A stretch of DNA of 63,956 nucleotides, the filler included, from Octopus bimaculoides (Eukaryota), in NCBI RefSeq assembly GCF_001194135.2. It is 4 parts of 4 records of this genome, joined end to end, with 100 filler letters (N's around TTAATTAATTAA, not from the genome) between each part and the next. Parts side by side here need not be neighbours in the genome. Positions count along the whole stretch, not along the records: positions 1 to 19,088 come from NC_068982.1; 3 more parts are not named here. One strand, 5' to 3'. Numbering within the stretch: the stretch's first letter is position 1; every line of letters begins with the position of its first letter. Positions 1 to 11,223 of this stretch are shown in pieces. The translations under genes were made by a program, and so were the position numbers. Under the pieces are notes generated by a model that saw nothing but the letters and a program-made list of their open reading frames with translations, was not told where the DNA came from and did no database searches.

Positions 1-54
<54 letters not shown>

Positions 55-61
55 CATCATC

Positions 62-113
<52 letters not shown>
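1..113. repeat. (ATT)n microsatellite
   Basis: Near-perfect TAT/ATT array at the window start. Confidence 0.95.
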
Positions 114-115
<2 letters not shown>

Positions 116-1059
116 GCCATAGAAATTTTTCTGAAATTACTTTTCTGTGGATGAAATGCTTTTAGAAGAGTTTTTTTTCTTTCATTTTTCTTTCTTTTTC
201 TTTTTCTTTCCTATTTTTTTTGTTTAATTTTGTTTCTCATTAACTTATTTATTTTTAATGTTTCACTTTTTTTTTTGTTTTGTTTTGTCTTCAATACTGT
301 CTGTCTTTTATCTCAGAATATACTGTAAATATGATTTCAGATCGAAATCAGTCTCCTATGATAAAAAGGATATTGGTTTGCATTTTTTCTTGAGTGTGTA
401 TGTACGTGAATTGGAACTATATTACAGACAAATAAGAATAAGTTGCATTTTTTTCTTCTATTAAATGCCAGACTGTTTTTTAACTATAAATAGATGCATC
501 ATATTATCATTCTATTGTTTTATTTTCCTTCTTTTTCTAATCTTCTTTGTCTCTTCATTATGCTTATTACATTTGCCCCTCCTCATTCCCTTCCTCTTCC
601 TTTTCTTTTTCTTCTTTTTCTTTTCCCTGCTCCTCTCCACTCCTCTTCCTTCTCTCCCCTCCATTTCTGTCTTCCTCCTCCTCCTCCTCCTCCTCCTCNN
701 NNNNNNNNNNNNNNNNNNNNNNNNNNNNNNNNNNNNNNNNNNNNNNNNNNNNNNNNNNNNNNNNNNNNNNNNNNNNNNNNNNNNNNNNNNNNNNNNNNNN
801 NNNNNNNNNNNNNNNNNNNNNNNNNNNNNNNNNNNNNNNNNNNNNNNNNNNNNNNNNNNNNNNNNNNNNNNNNNNNNNNNNNNNNNNNNNNNNNNNNNNN
901 NNNNNNNNNNNNNNNNNNNNNNNNNNNNNNNNNNNNNNNNNNNNNNNNNNNNNNNNNNNNNNNNNNNNNNNNNNNNNNNNNNNNNNNNNNNNNNNNNNNN
1001 NNNNNNNNNNNNNNNNNNNNNNNNNNNNNNNNNNNNNNNNNNNNNNNNNNNNNNNNNCA

Positions 1060-2100
1060 ATACACGATTTGCAATGATGTTGACAAGGTCATCGTCCTAT
1101 GGTTTGTCATCACACTTGTGGCAGAGTTCAGGCAGGTGATGAGAGTAACCAGGAATAGCATACAAGTTGGATGTAGTCTCTTTAGACATGCAAAACCTGA
1201 TGGCCCCCTGGTTACAACAGAACTATTTCTTCCAGTCATCTGAAGCTGTACCTGCCTGAGGAGTGCAGAAGGAAAGACCGTAAGATTGATGGGGCAAGTC
1301 AAAAGGCTTAGCTGCTACTCATTTTATTCTTATTTGCTGGGCCTTGGAAGTAGGTGCAGAGCCTATGGTCTTTTCAAGCCCTTCTGGACTAGTGAGACTG
1401 ATGCAATTAATATTCTTCTAGAATCTGCTCATATGTTTCCACACATCTTTCCACACGAGTGGAAAGATATGAAGAGGAAAGGAATTCCAGAAGGCTATCA
1501 TTCTGGCAAGGAAGGATTGGACATAGTGATTTGTGCAGTGTCTGGAATGGAAACATGGGTGATGGAGGAAGGAGACATGAGAAGGATAGGAATGTCTGAA
1601 TGAAGATTGCATGAGCCCGGTCAGTTAGAAAGAGCAAAGGTCATTATAAAAGCAATAAATATGGCAAAATTCATTTGATACCTTTCAGTCTCAGACTTGA
1701 GAAACAGAGAAAAAGAGAACAACGGAGAGGGTGATAATAACATCATACCACAAAAACTATTGTTTCTAGAATATCACTGGTTGCAGTTTTGAGGATGGGG
1801 AAAAAAAAAACTTATCCTCATCCTTAGTTTTAGAAGCTGGTGACCAGTAGACTAAGCAAGTCCATCCCATAATGAATAATATCACTCCATCATCTTGCAA
1901 TGGTACAGAAAAAAATTGAAGAGGATCATGTGTGACAAAATGTTAAAAGCTGGAGGAAAAATGGGAAAAAAAAAAATTTAAAAGAGGAGCCCAAGTAGAA
2001 AGGCCTAAAAGAATCAGTGACAAGACATACACCCTTCCTCAGGATGACGTGAAATTTGCAATCCTACAGAAAGAAAGAAAAAAGAATAACAAATCAATGT
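1060..2100 (-). mobile_element. Highly decayed LINE fragments (Jockey/CR1-like RT and possibly APE)
   Basis: Minus-strand translations: ILRKGVCLVTDSFRPFYLGSSFK (~1980-2050, like the PxxKKG..NYRPISL RT motif) and RHCTNHYVQSFLARMIAFWNSFP (1418-1612, like the RT C-terminal SF..R....WN.LP motif). KETTSNLYAIPGY near 1160 resembles APE. Confidence 0.4.
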
Positions 2101-2585
2101 TTCTCTGAGAGCAAAACCAGCCAAGCATTCTAAAGCTTGATTAAGAGGACAATATACAGAGAAGAAAATGGGACAGAATTTTAGAAGGCATTCAAATGAT
2201 AGATTATTGGTGAAGATCACACTGATAACTTAATCATATTTTTTCAACCATTCTCAGAAAATGCTGGATGTTATTTACTTCATCCAATGCAGAAAATATT
2301 TACAGATATCTTTACTTATTTTACTTCAACCCTTTGTGTAGGCCATCGATGACTTTTCTCCACTCTTTTCAACACTTGACTGTTTTGCTTCTCTTTCTTA
2401 CTTCTCTCCAGTTGAATCCCTGTTTTTTTTTTAGCTCTGCCTCAGTATCTGACTGTCAGCTATTTTTAGGGTATTCTCTCTTCCACCTTTGTTTTGGGAA
2501 TATGTTTCCCCGAGGGATGGCCTTCTACTCCTATGTCTTGTTGGTTTTGAATTGTCATTGATCCTTCTGTAACTTTGTTTTTCTA

Positions 2586-3790
2586 CCTCTACAGAACCCA
2601 CACATGTTCACTATTCAGAAATTGTTGCAGGTGATGCAACCTGAGCACATGTCTGCACATGAGAAGCCAAGCCATGCCATGCCTAAGCCACCACACAGAG
2701 GATGTTGGCAGTAGGCTGACTGCCTCACCATTGGAATGTGTCCCTTCCACAAGAAAAAAAGAGACACTCCAGCCTAGTCAAGTAGTAACTGTCTTTCTGA
2801 AGCTCATCTCTTTGATGAAGTTGCAGCCCTAAGTAAAAGAAAGAGTGAGACTAGGTACCTAGCACCTAGAAGGTTGTCAGACACTTACAGCCCTCTATCA
2901 GATGGGCAATAGAATTGGTGGACGTTCTATTTTAGCAATATATAGAGGATTAGTGGCAGAGAAGTGCAGCAACAGAGGAGACTCTAGGTATTGATGAAAA
3001 CAAAATGCTAGTCTGTTTTTGAAGACTTTCCAGTCAGAGACTACTATGAATAATTTCCAGATGTCCTTGGCTTGACAGTGCTATTGAGGGGTACTACTGG
3101 TTTGAAATAAACTCTACAGGCATGGATGTGCTGTCAAACAGGCTTGTCCAAGAAGCACAGAGCAACAAAACCATTCTGCTCACACTCATTCAGTGTCCAG
3201 GCATTGCTAGCTTGTGAGGTTATGTCAAACAGCTGTTATCATGTGTGGGACGGATTTGTCTATTACCTACATCCATAGTGATAATTGCCCCACTGCCCTC
3301 CATTAATTGGGCAGGTAAAGCAGTTTCCATTTGTCTGGTGGCTGTGATGAGGTTGAAAGGCATGAAAATAGAGACATTCCTCTTTGGTAGAGCCCTCATT
3401 GACTTTTTTGTCTTGTAAAGAGAAGTGAGGGCGGAGAGGGAGGTGCTGCCCTTGAGTGAATTTATTGAAAAGTGGGTAAAAGTTTTGAAAATGGCAAGAG
3501 TAGATGATACCACCCTAAGTGTAGACCTGTGACTCAGAGAAAAGAAATTGGAGTGACCACATGCCTTTGGTGTTCCAGGAGATCTTGGATGGTGGTATTC
3601 CTTAATTACCCTCAGAGGTTCTCCTGTATCAGAAGGGACCACATCATATCTTCCCTTTCTTTTTCCCTTCTTCTTTTCCTTTTATGTATATTTTCTATTT
3701 TTTTAAATCATTTCATTATATGTAAAACACCCACACCCTATGTCTGTCTTTGTGCTGTTCTCCTCATCTTTCAGCCTGGTGCAAATAAAA
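2586..3790 (+). mobile_element. Tx1/L1-like non-LTR retrotransposon 3' end with an inverted 5' segment
   Basis: Plus strand from ~2789 reads NNFQMSLA*QCY*GVLLV*NKLYRHG..ACPR..LIQCP (C-terminal zinc-finger region), then REVRAEREVLPLSEFIEKWVKVLKMARV, a 3'UTR and AATAAA at ~3784 followed by a microsatellite. Segment 2586-2788 reads on the minus strand as LECLF..LWKGHIPMVRQSAYCQHPLCGGLGM. Confidence 0.75.
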
Positions 3791-3811
3791 GTGATCATTG
3801 TTATTATTACT

Positions 3812-3850
3812 GTTGTTGTTGTTGTTGTTGTTGTTGTTCTTCTTCTTCTT

Positions 3851-3909
<59 letters not shown>

Positions 3910-3917
3910 CATCATCA
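3812..3917. repeat. Compound microsatellite (GTT)n(CTT)n(ATT)n(ATC)n
   Basis: Seen directly; it forms the tail of the Tx1-like element. Confidence 0.95.
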
Positions 3918-4179
3918 CTGGCATGTAATACAAAAGTGTAATAAAAAAAACAACTTTTTATTCCTAGTCGAAGCCTCTTTACTTCAATAATGATGCTAAT
4001 GTCCTCTGGTATGAATGCCACATAATTGTCTTTGTAAATCTCAGGCTTTGTTGCAGCATAAGAAACAATTATTATTCTGTTGATAATCGAGTTGCAATGG
4101 CTAGCAACAGTGAAGGTGGTGATTGATGGTGGAAATGAGGTGGTTGGTGTTGATGTTGTAGCTGTTGTTATTGTCAATG

Positions 4180-4408
4180 ATGATGAAGATGATGATGATG
4201 ATGATGATGTTCATTGTGGTGGTGGTTACAGTAAAGATGAGGATGACAATGATGATGATGATGATGATGACGACAATGATGACAAGGATGATGAAAATGC
4301 CTGGCAGCATAAGTGTATGAACTTCAGACAGTTAATTTTTTTTTTATTGTAAGACAATAGTTTTTTTTAAGAAAAATAAAAAGCTCTTCCCCCACACAAA
4401 AAAGAAAG

Positions 4409-4445
<37 letters not shown>

Positions 4446-4500
4446 CAACAACAACGATGGCGACGACGATGATAATGATGATGATGATGATGATAATGAA
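4180..4500. repeat. Trinucleotide mosaics (GAT/GAC, then AAT/AAC/GAC/GAT)
   Basis: Seen directly. Confidence 0.9.
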
Positions 4501-4653
4501 TGACTAAAATTGAAGCAGAAAGAAATACAGAGAAGGAAAAAAAAGCTTTCACTTTCAAACATGTCATATAATTGCAATAAATAAATGAGCAAAATTTTGG
4601 TGACTATTGTCTCTGACATGATTTGAAATTCTGTGGCAGTGCTGGATATAATA

Positions 4654-5047
4654 TTGTTGTTGTTGTTGGCACTCCATCGCTTACGATGTTGAGGGTTCCA
4701 GATGATCCGATCAACGGAACAGCCTGCTCATGAAGTTAACGTGCAAATGGCTGAGCACTCCACAGACACGTGTACCCTTAACGTAGTTCTCGGGGATATT
4801 CAGCGTGACACAGTGTGACAAGGCTGACCCTTTGAATTACAGGCACAACAGAAACAGGAAGTAAGAGTGAGAGAAAGTTGTGGTGAAAGAGTACAGCAGG
4901 GTTCGCCACCATCCCCTGCCGGAGCCTCGCGGAGCTTTAGGTGTTTTCGCTCAATAAACACTCACAACGCCCGGTCTGGGAATCGAAACCACGATCCCTA
5001 TGACCGTGCGTCCGCTGCCCGAACCACTGGGCCATTGCACTTCCACA
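4654..5047 (-). mobile_element. tRNA-derived SINE, family A, copy 1
   Basis: Near-identical to 16661-17043 and 17392-17793. Has A-box TGGCCCAGTGG, B-box GGTTTCGATTCC and an (AAC)n tail. 12-bp TSD CTGGATATAATA at 4642-4653 and 5048-5059. Confidence 0.92.
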
Positions 5048-6394
5048 CTGGATATAATAGCAGAAGAGTCAACATGAAAAACAATAAAGAATTTGGAAGA
5101 AAGGAAAAAAAAAAAAAAGATTTATAGAAAAAAGTTGTACCAGAAGACAGAGTTGAATAAAGCAGAACAGTAAACAATGTAGGTTGAAAGTGTACAGTGA
5201 AATTATGTATAGTAAACTTTGTAAACTAAAGCTATATGGTAAACTAGTGTAAACATTTGGTTTAGTACTTTGTGTTCATTTCTTTAGCAAATATGGGTGA
5301 CAACTCTAGGCATGTTTCAGTTTTATTCCCACCTCATAAGGTTGTGGATTTGATTCCTGGATTGTGCAGTTTGGTGTGTCTTTGAATGAAGCACTTCATT
5401 TCATGTTGTTCCAGGCTGCTCATTTGAAAATGAATACCAACCAACTCCTGGTGCAACCCTCTGTCCCTGCAGGTGGTGCATTATATCTTTGAGCAAGTCA
5501 CCCATTTCACATTACTCCAGGCTTATACTCAGCTAAAAACGAGTACCAACTGGATACTGATGCAGTCCCCATTCTCTCTTTCTCTCCAGCCATCACATCC
5601 TGGATGTACACCTAAAACAATCAGTGAAAATTGGGTACATGCTCCCAAGCCATACTTGCTCACAAGTCACAGCTGGCTGTAGTATAATAAAGCTATGCTG
5701 TATAGATTGGAGAGTTCCTAGAAGAGTTCAGTAATTCAAATTGTTATGAATGAGGAGTGAATAATCTGTTTTGGGATTTTGCACTTCCTTTCTCTCACAC
5801 AAGAGACAAGAAATCAAAAGATTATATTCCTCACTCCTCACAGCAATGGAACTTATGAAACTCACCCATCAGCTCTGCTTTGGTATACTTATTGCTGATA
5901 CTTCATCATCAGTTTCCCTGGATTCTGTAAATTGTCTTATGTTGAGTAGAACAGTAGAGAAAAATACATATACTAAATATGTACAGGAATGTGTGGAGAT
6001 TAAGACAAAAGTAGTATGGCTATACTATATTGATGAAATAGTAAGTTGCATTTCTCTTTCACTATTTCAGACTTCAATGGACCCTGGATATGAAGTTTAA
6101 CTCTAGGTCAGTCTAAATCAAACAGACCTGTGATCAACAGTACTCCAACAATATCATTGAAACAGGCCAATATGCTTGCAATATCTTGACTATCTTAATC
6201 TCATTTTAGGTTAGCTTCCTCTAGTTTAAAGGGTTACATCTCTAGATGAACTTATGCTAACTGGGCATGTATTAGTTTCCAAACCCATCTAGAAATGCGA
6301 TGCAGACTGAGTTAGTGTGACTTCATGCTTGGAGTTGAACAAAAACCCTACTTGATTCAATATAGTGTGAAAACACATGGTCAAGCAATTAACA

Positions 6395-6530
6395 TGTTGA
6401 GCTCATGAGCATATAGCAGTGGGTTCAATCCTTGAACTAGGCAGTGCATTGTGTCTTTGAGTAAGGCACTTTTCTTTATGTTCTTCCAGTTTACTCAGTT
6501 GAAAATAAGTAGTAGCCAGCTGCTGATGGA
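6395..6530 (+). mobile_element. Degenerate tRNA-SINE head and body
   Basis: B-box-like GGGTTCAATCC followed by GTGTCTTTGAGTAAGGCACTT. A similar decayed copy lies at ~5340-5445. Confidence 0.4.
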
Positions 6531-8329
6531 GGCCTCTGGAGTAGCCATCATATCTTCAGTATTCCTCAGGTTCAAAAGTGGATTGACTGAGTGAGAGGGT
6601 GTCTAAGTTTGATCACAACTAAATAGGAATCTAAGACATTTAATGAAAGCTTGGTACTTACTACCAAGTCATACTCATGTGACAGAAATGCTCAAAGTAT
6701 TAACATATTTTATGCATCGACCATTAGAAAAGCCAACTAAAAATAATATGACAAAGGATAACGATGTTAGTCATTGAGTAATATGTTCATTTCTTTAGTA
6801 AATATGGGTGACAACTCTAAGCATGTTTCAGTTTCATACCCACCTCATAAACATTGTTTAGACTTCGCTGCTCTTGCCAAAGTAGTGATGAAGAATCAGT
6901 AAGTAAATGTAGAAGATTCTGTGCAATTCAGAAAACTATGTGCACTAAAATAGAATTTGTTGAATATTGAAGAAGGTATTTGTGGTATTTAATTACATCC
7001 TTCAATATTCTGAATTCAAATCCTGCTGAGGTTCATTCATTCAAGGATTGATAAAATCGAGTACCATTTAATATGGTGGTTAAATTAATCTATTATTATC
7101 TTCCCCAAAATATGAAGTCTTTGTACCTGTTAGCAATCATTATTAACGAATTGAACTATGATGTTTCAAATGGAAGCAATGACTGTGAGGTGAAAGGGTC
7201 AACTAACTGACTACATATTCATAAATTCTAAACCTTACAAAAAGAGTATTATATTTCTGAGTAAGCCTCATAGCCCTCTTTGCTTCAGCTTAGTTGAATA
7301 ACAAAGACTGTTCCATTCTTACTTCATGATTGAATGATTATCAGGGCATCCAGCTGTAAAAACAATTGCACTTCTCTAATAAATAGACCATTCCATCTTT
7401 GTTAGCACAGTAACATAGTTCTAAAACAATAAACTCCCTAGCCCTAATTCAAAAAAATAAAACTGACACATTATGTAAGACTAAGTGTTTGGATTTGATT
7501 TTTGTTATGTTCCAGGAAATAACATGCATTAACTTTTCATTCAAGTTGTGAATTAAATGTAGTTGAGTGTCATAAAGTTTTAAAACCAGTTTTTTTGTTT
7601 TGTTTTATAAAGTTATAAAAGGCAATGTTACCATAAGAAGTGTCAGTTGGCTCAATTAGCCTGAAAAGAAATTTAGATAACAAAACAGCCAAAGGCTGCA
7701 TTGTACTTTTTAGAAGTGGTGTTGCTGTATTAATATCTTAAAAGTTTTGTATTGAAAAGCTAATAGAGGAGAAATACTGTTGTTGTGTAGCCCACAGGTA
7801 CACCTCTGATCAAACAAGTATATGGTAGAACATGTCAACAGACACATGCCAAATATTGTCCACGATATTTTCTGTTGCTTTGCTCTGATCTCTGCGAAAC
7901 CCAATCATTAACTTCATTTTTGCTATGGATGTCCATCACTATTTTCACTCACAAACACTATTATTTTTGTTCTGTCCCCCTCATCCCCTCATATATCTTA
8001 GAGTCTTTCACTCCTTGTCACTCATTCTTTTTTCACCACCTGCAACTTCTACTTCTTCTCCCTCTCAGTTATACACAGTTTCTTACTTTCTCCTACTCCT
8101 GCTTTCAATCTCTTTCTTCTCTCTTGTCTCCTTGCCACTGATCACTTTATTTTCATCTTACAGTCTCTCTTCTTTGCATCATCTGTCTGTCTCTGCCCAC
8201 CCCATTTCAATTTACTCCTTATCTATAAGCCTTCTTTATGATTTTAGTGGAACATCTAACTGTAGAAAAACAAGTACTTGGATAGTTCATATATCAAATA
8301 TCCAGTGACTTATCTCTCCAACATTGAAT

Positions 8330-10500
8330 GTGTCTATTATGCTTTTGAATTGTTGAACACCACCAAAGTCAAAGAGCTGCATAGTGATTTAATAGTGAAG
8401 CAACCTAACAAAAACCATAACTCTCCAACAGTGATGGAAATAGAAGGTATATAGTATGAGGGAAATAGCTTTCTCTTACTTATCAGCTCACAGGAGGTAG
8501 GGTTATAGCATTCACACCCCTAATTCCTGAACTCAGCTTCACAAACCTTAGCGTAACTCTAGTTCCTAAAACTTATTTCTCCCACTGCTCTCCAAGCTAC
8601 ACCTTTGAGCTCCAAGAAGTTAGTTAACAAATGATTCATCACTTATAAAGATTCTTCACAGTTTACACTGATAAACTTTACATGTTTACAGCAAGATAAG
8701 CTAAAACTACTTTAGCTGGGAGACGGAGAATTGAATAGAATTACCAGGAACCATGCTTTGAATGGTTTCTAAGTTTGTTCTCTTGAAAATATTGGCCTTC
8801 AACAATAGATAATATATCATTTTGATTTTACATGTTTGTTAGTGTGAAAGTTTACTTCACATGGTATCTGTAGGTTCCTTCAATAATTTGCATATAAATT
8901 ATTGAAAGCAAAATTCTTTTGCTGTGATCTGAACTCAGAACAATTAGCTCTAGAAGCTTAAAAAAAAGACTTAGTATTTGATGGGACTAAATTCACTTTT
9001 CATAGAATAGTTTAATATTTCCACATGATATACTGTCCCAATCAAGCACGTAAAACTTTGTAATCAAGTTTATTTATTTAGGTGTGTTAACTTTAGGTAA
9101 TGATGTTGTTAGTGTAGGAATTTGGTAATTTGAGTTTTAGGGTTCACAAAAGAATGGAAATAGAAAAAGAGGTTAGTTGGTTAGCAGAATTCTAACTGGA
9201 GTTTAATTGTTGTTGATGTTTTTGATTATTATTTAGAAGATTTAACCTTTCTGCTTTTGGGAGGTAAATTTAGTGAACTATGTTGTCTAAAATATTTCTT
9301 CTGTTCATTTTCAAGTTCAGTTATTTCTATTAATAGTTATACTATTTTGGGCCTATGCATATATACAAATGTGGGGCATCATAAAACTGCATGAATAAAC
9401 TTATATACAAATACATACAAGGCTGTGTCAAGCTCCAAAGTTAGCTGTGGTATAGTTTCTATGTTTGAATGTTCTTCCCAATGTCAACCATATTACAGTA
9501 TGTACTGGGAGCGTTTTTCTGTTCCACCGGCACTAGTGAGGTTGCTAGGTAACATTTAAGACTAGAAAGAACAGGAAAAAAGAAAAAAAGTCCCCTTGAC
9601 TAAGGGGACAACAGTGATGGGTGTGTGTGATTGCATGTCAAGCATTGAGAGAGGCTAATGTTTGATAGAAGTACAAGCATAGGTTTTGCTGTAGAGGAGA
9701 TACATAGCTACCCTGCATTATATCAGGGTATTGGGACGTAGCTGGAAAGAAGATAGAGAGGGTGGTGATTAGATGTAAGAGCTATCTCAAGATACAAGAT
9801 GTTGTGAGGGGTGAGTAACTCTTGGTTAGAAAAAGAGTTGGAAGTGAATCTAGTAAGTGATGAACAAAAGTGGTGGTGTGGGTGATAGAAAATATCAGTA
9901 AAGAGAGATGATAAGATGAAAGAAATAGAAGTGGCTGAGGAAGGAGAATAGATCAGAAAATAGGGTTGAAGGTGATGTGCAAGGTGTTGGAGTGGTGAGG
10001 AGAGAGGTGTAGAGGTGCATAGGAGTGGCTATAGTGAGTGAGGTTTGATGGCAGATATGAAATGATATTGAGAATGATAGCAGATATAAAGGGTGTTAAG
10101 ATGGAATATAGCATAAATGAAAGAGAAATAACTGAAGGCACAGAAAAGAAGTGATGATCAGTAGAAATAGTGAGGGAAGTGATAATAATGAGAATGAGGG
10201 ATGGAAGTGGTTCCAGTGGATAGGAAGAAAGTGAAAGTGCGAAGAAAGTGAAAGTGCGAAGAAAGTGAAAGTGCGAAGAAAGTGACAGTGATTTTGCTCT
10301 CAAATGATTACAGTAGCCGAGTGATACTATAGATGGAAGAGAGATGGTTGTTAGGGGAAGAGGTGAGATATGGTTAGTGCTTGATAGAGGGGAAGGGCCT
10401 CACAGATACAAGCAGAGCTCAAATGGTTTTAGAACATTGTTTTTTGCAATAATGACCAAGTTTTCTTAAGCACAGTGAACTGCCAACCATCTTAACTCCT
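8330..10500. mobile_element. Very decayed LINE-like (I/Jockey-type) remnants in both orientations
   Basis: Weak RT-like motifs: LSVTLVPKTYF on the plus strand ~8545 and LVPVEQKNAPSTY on the minus strand ~9500. No intact ORF. Confidence 0.25.
10224..10290. repeat. 17-bp tandem repeat GAAGAAAGTGAAAGTGC x ~4
   Basis: Three perfect units plus one near-complete unit. Confidence 0.9.
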
Positions 10501-10828
10501 TGTTATCTCCTCTGAAGTGCTCACTACTTTGTTCCATGTTTTTTCTGGCTCTCCCTCTTCCACAAATTCCATCCACTTGAAAGCAACTGGCGTTTCTTTA
10601 TACCACTGTCCTCATCCATATGTATCACATGACCAAACCAGCTTCGTCTTCTCTTGCACATTACATCTGATTTCTTTTAGACCTTATTTTTATCTAGTTT
10701 TTTTCTTCTTTTTTTTTTTTCTCCCCCAGTGATTACAGCTGTTTGGCTCCACATCAACTCTGAATGAGCAGACCTATGGTCAAAGCTGTTCTAACCACAC
10801 TTTATCCAATGAATACTTCCTTTTTTAA

Positions 10829-11223
10829 TTCTTTTATTCTTTTACTTGTTTCAGTCATTTGACTGCGGCCATGCTGGAGCACCGCCTTTGGTTGAACAAA
10901 TCGACCCCAGGACTTATTCTTTGTAAGCTTAGTACTTATTCTATCGGTCTCTTTTGCCGAACCACTAAGTTACGGGGACGTAAACACACCTGCATCGGTT
11001 ATCAAGCGATGGTGTGGGGCACGAACATAGACACACACACACACACACATATATATATACGACAGGCTTCTTTCAGTTTCTGTCTGCCAAATCCACTCAC
11101 AAGGCATTGGTCAGCCCGAGGCTATAGTAGGAGACACTTGCCCAAGGTGCCACACAGTGTAACTGAACCCAGAACCATGTGGTTGGTAAGCAAGCTGCTT
11201 ACCACACAGCCACTCCTGCACCT
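10829..11223 (-). mobile_element. tRNA-derived SINE, family B, full length, with internal (CA)/(TA) microsatellite
   Basis: tRNA-like head (TGGCTGTGTGG ... GGGTTCAGTT), GGCACCTTGGGCAAGTGTC body and short tandem-repeat tail. Homologous to 55258-55365, 61033-61173 and 61781-62007. Confidence 0.88.

Noticed and set aside
465-1302. Long ORFs spanning N runs here and at 40.5-41.4, 43.3-44.2, 51.5-52.8 and 60.5-61.5 kb
   Set aside because: Artefacts of translating gaps and flanking microsatellites.
2881-3000. Initial resemblance to a DIRS (tyrosine-recombinase retroelement) GGRL motif
   Set aside because: Downstream sequence is collinear with the Tx1/L1-like C-terminus also seen at 28.7 and 37.5 kb.
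3529-4619. Homopolymeric-residue ORFs (poly-I, N, S, D, R), also at 22.2, 25.4, 56.4-57.2 and 59.2 kb
   Set aside because: Translations of trinucleotide microsatellites with no domain or splice context.
7710-7904. ORF resembling a type II membrane-anchor N-terminus
   Set aside because: Starts at TTG directly after an in-frame stop, with no good splice acceptor or donor.
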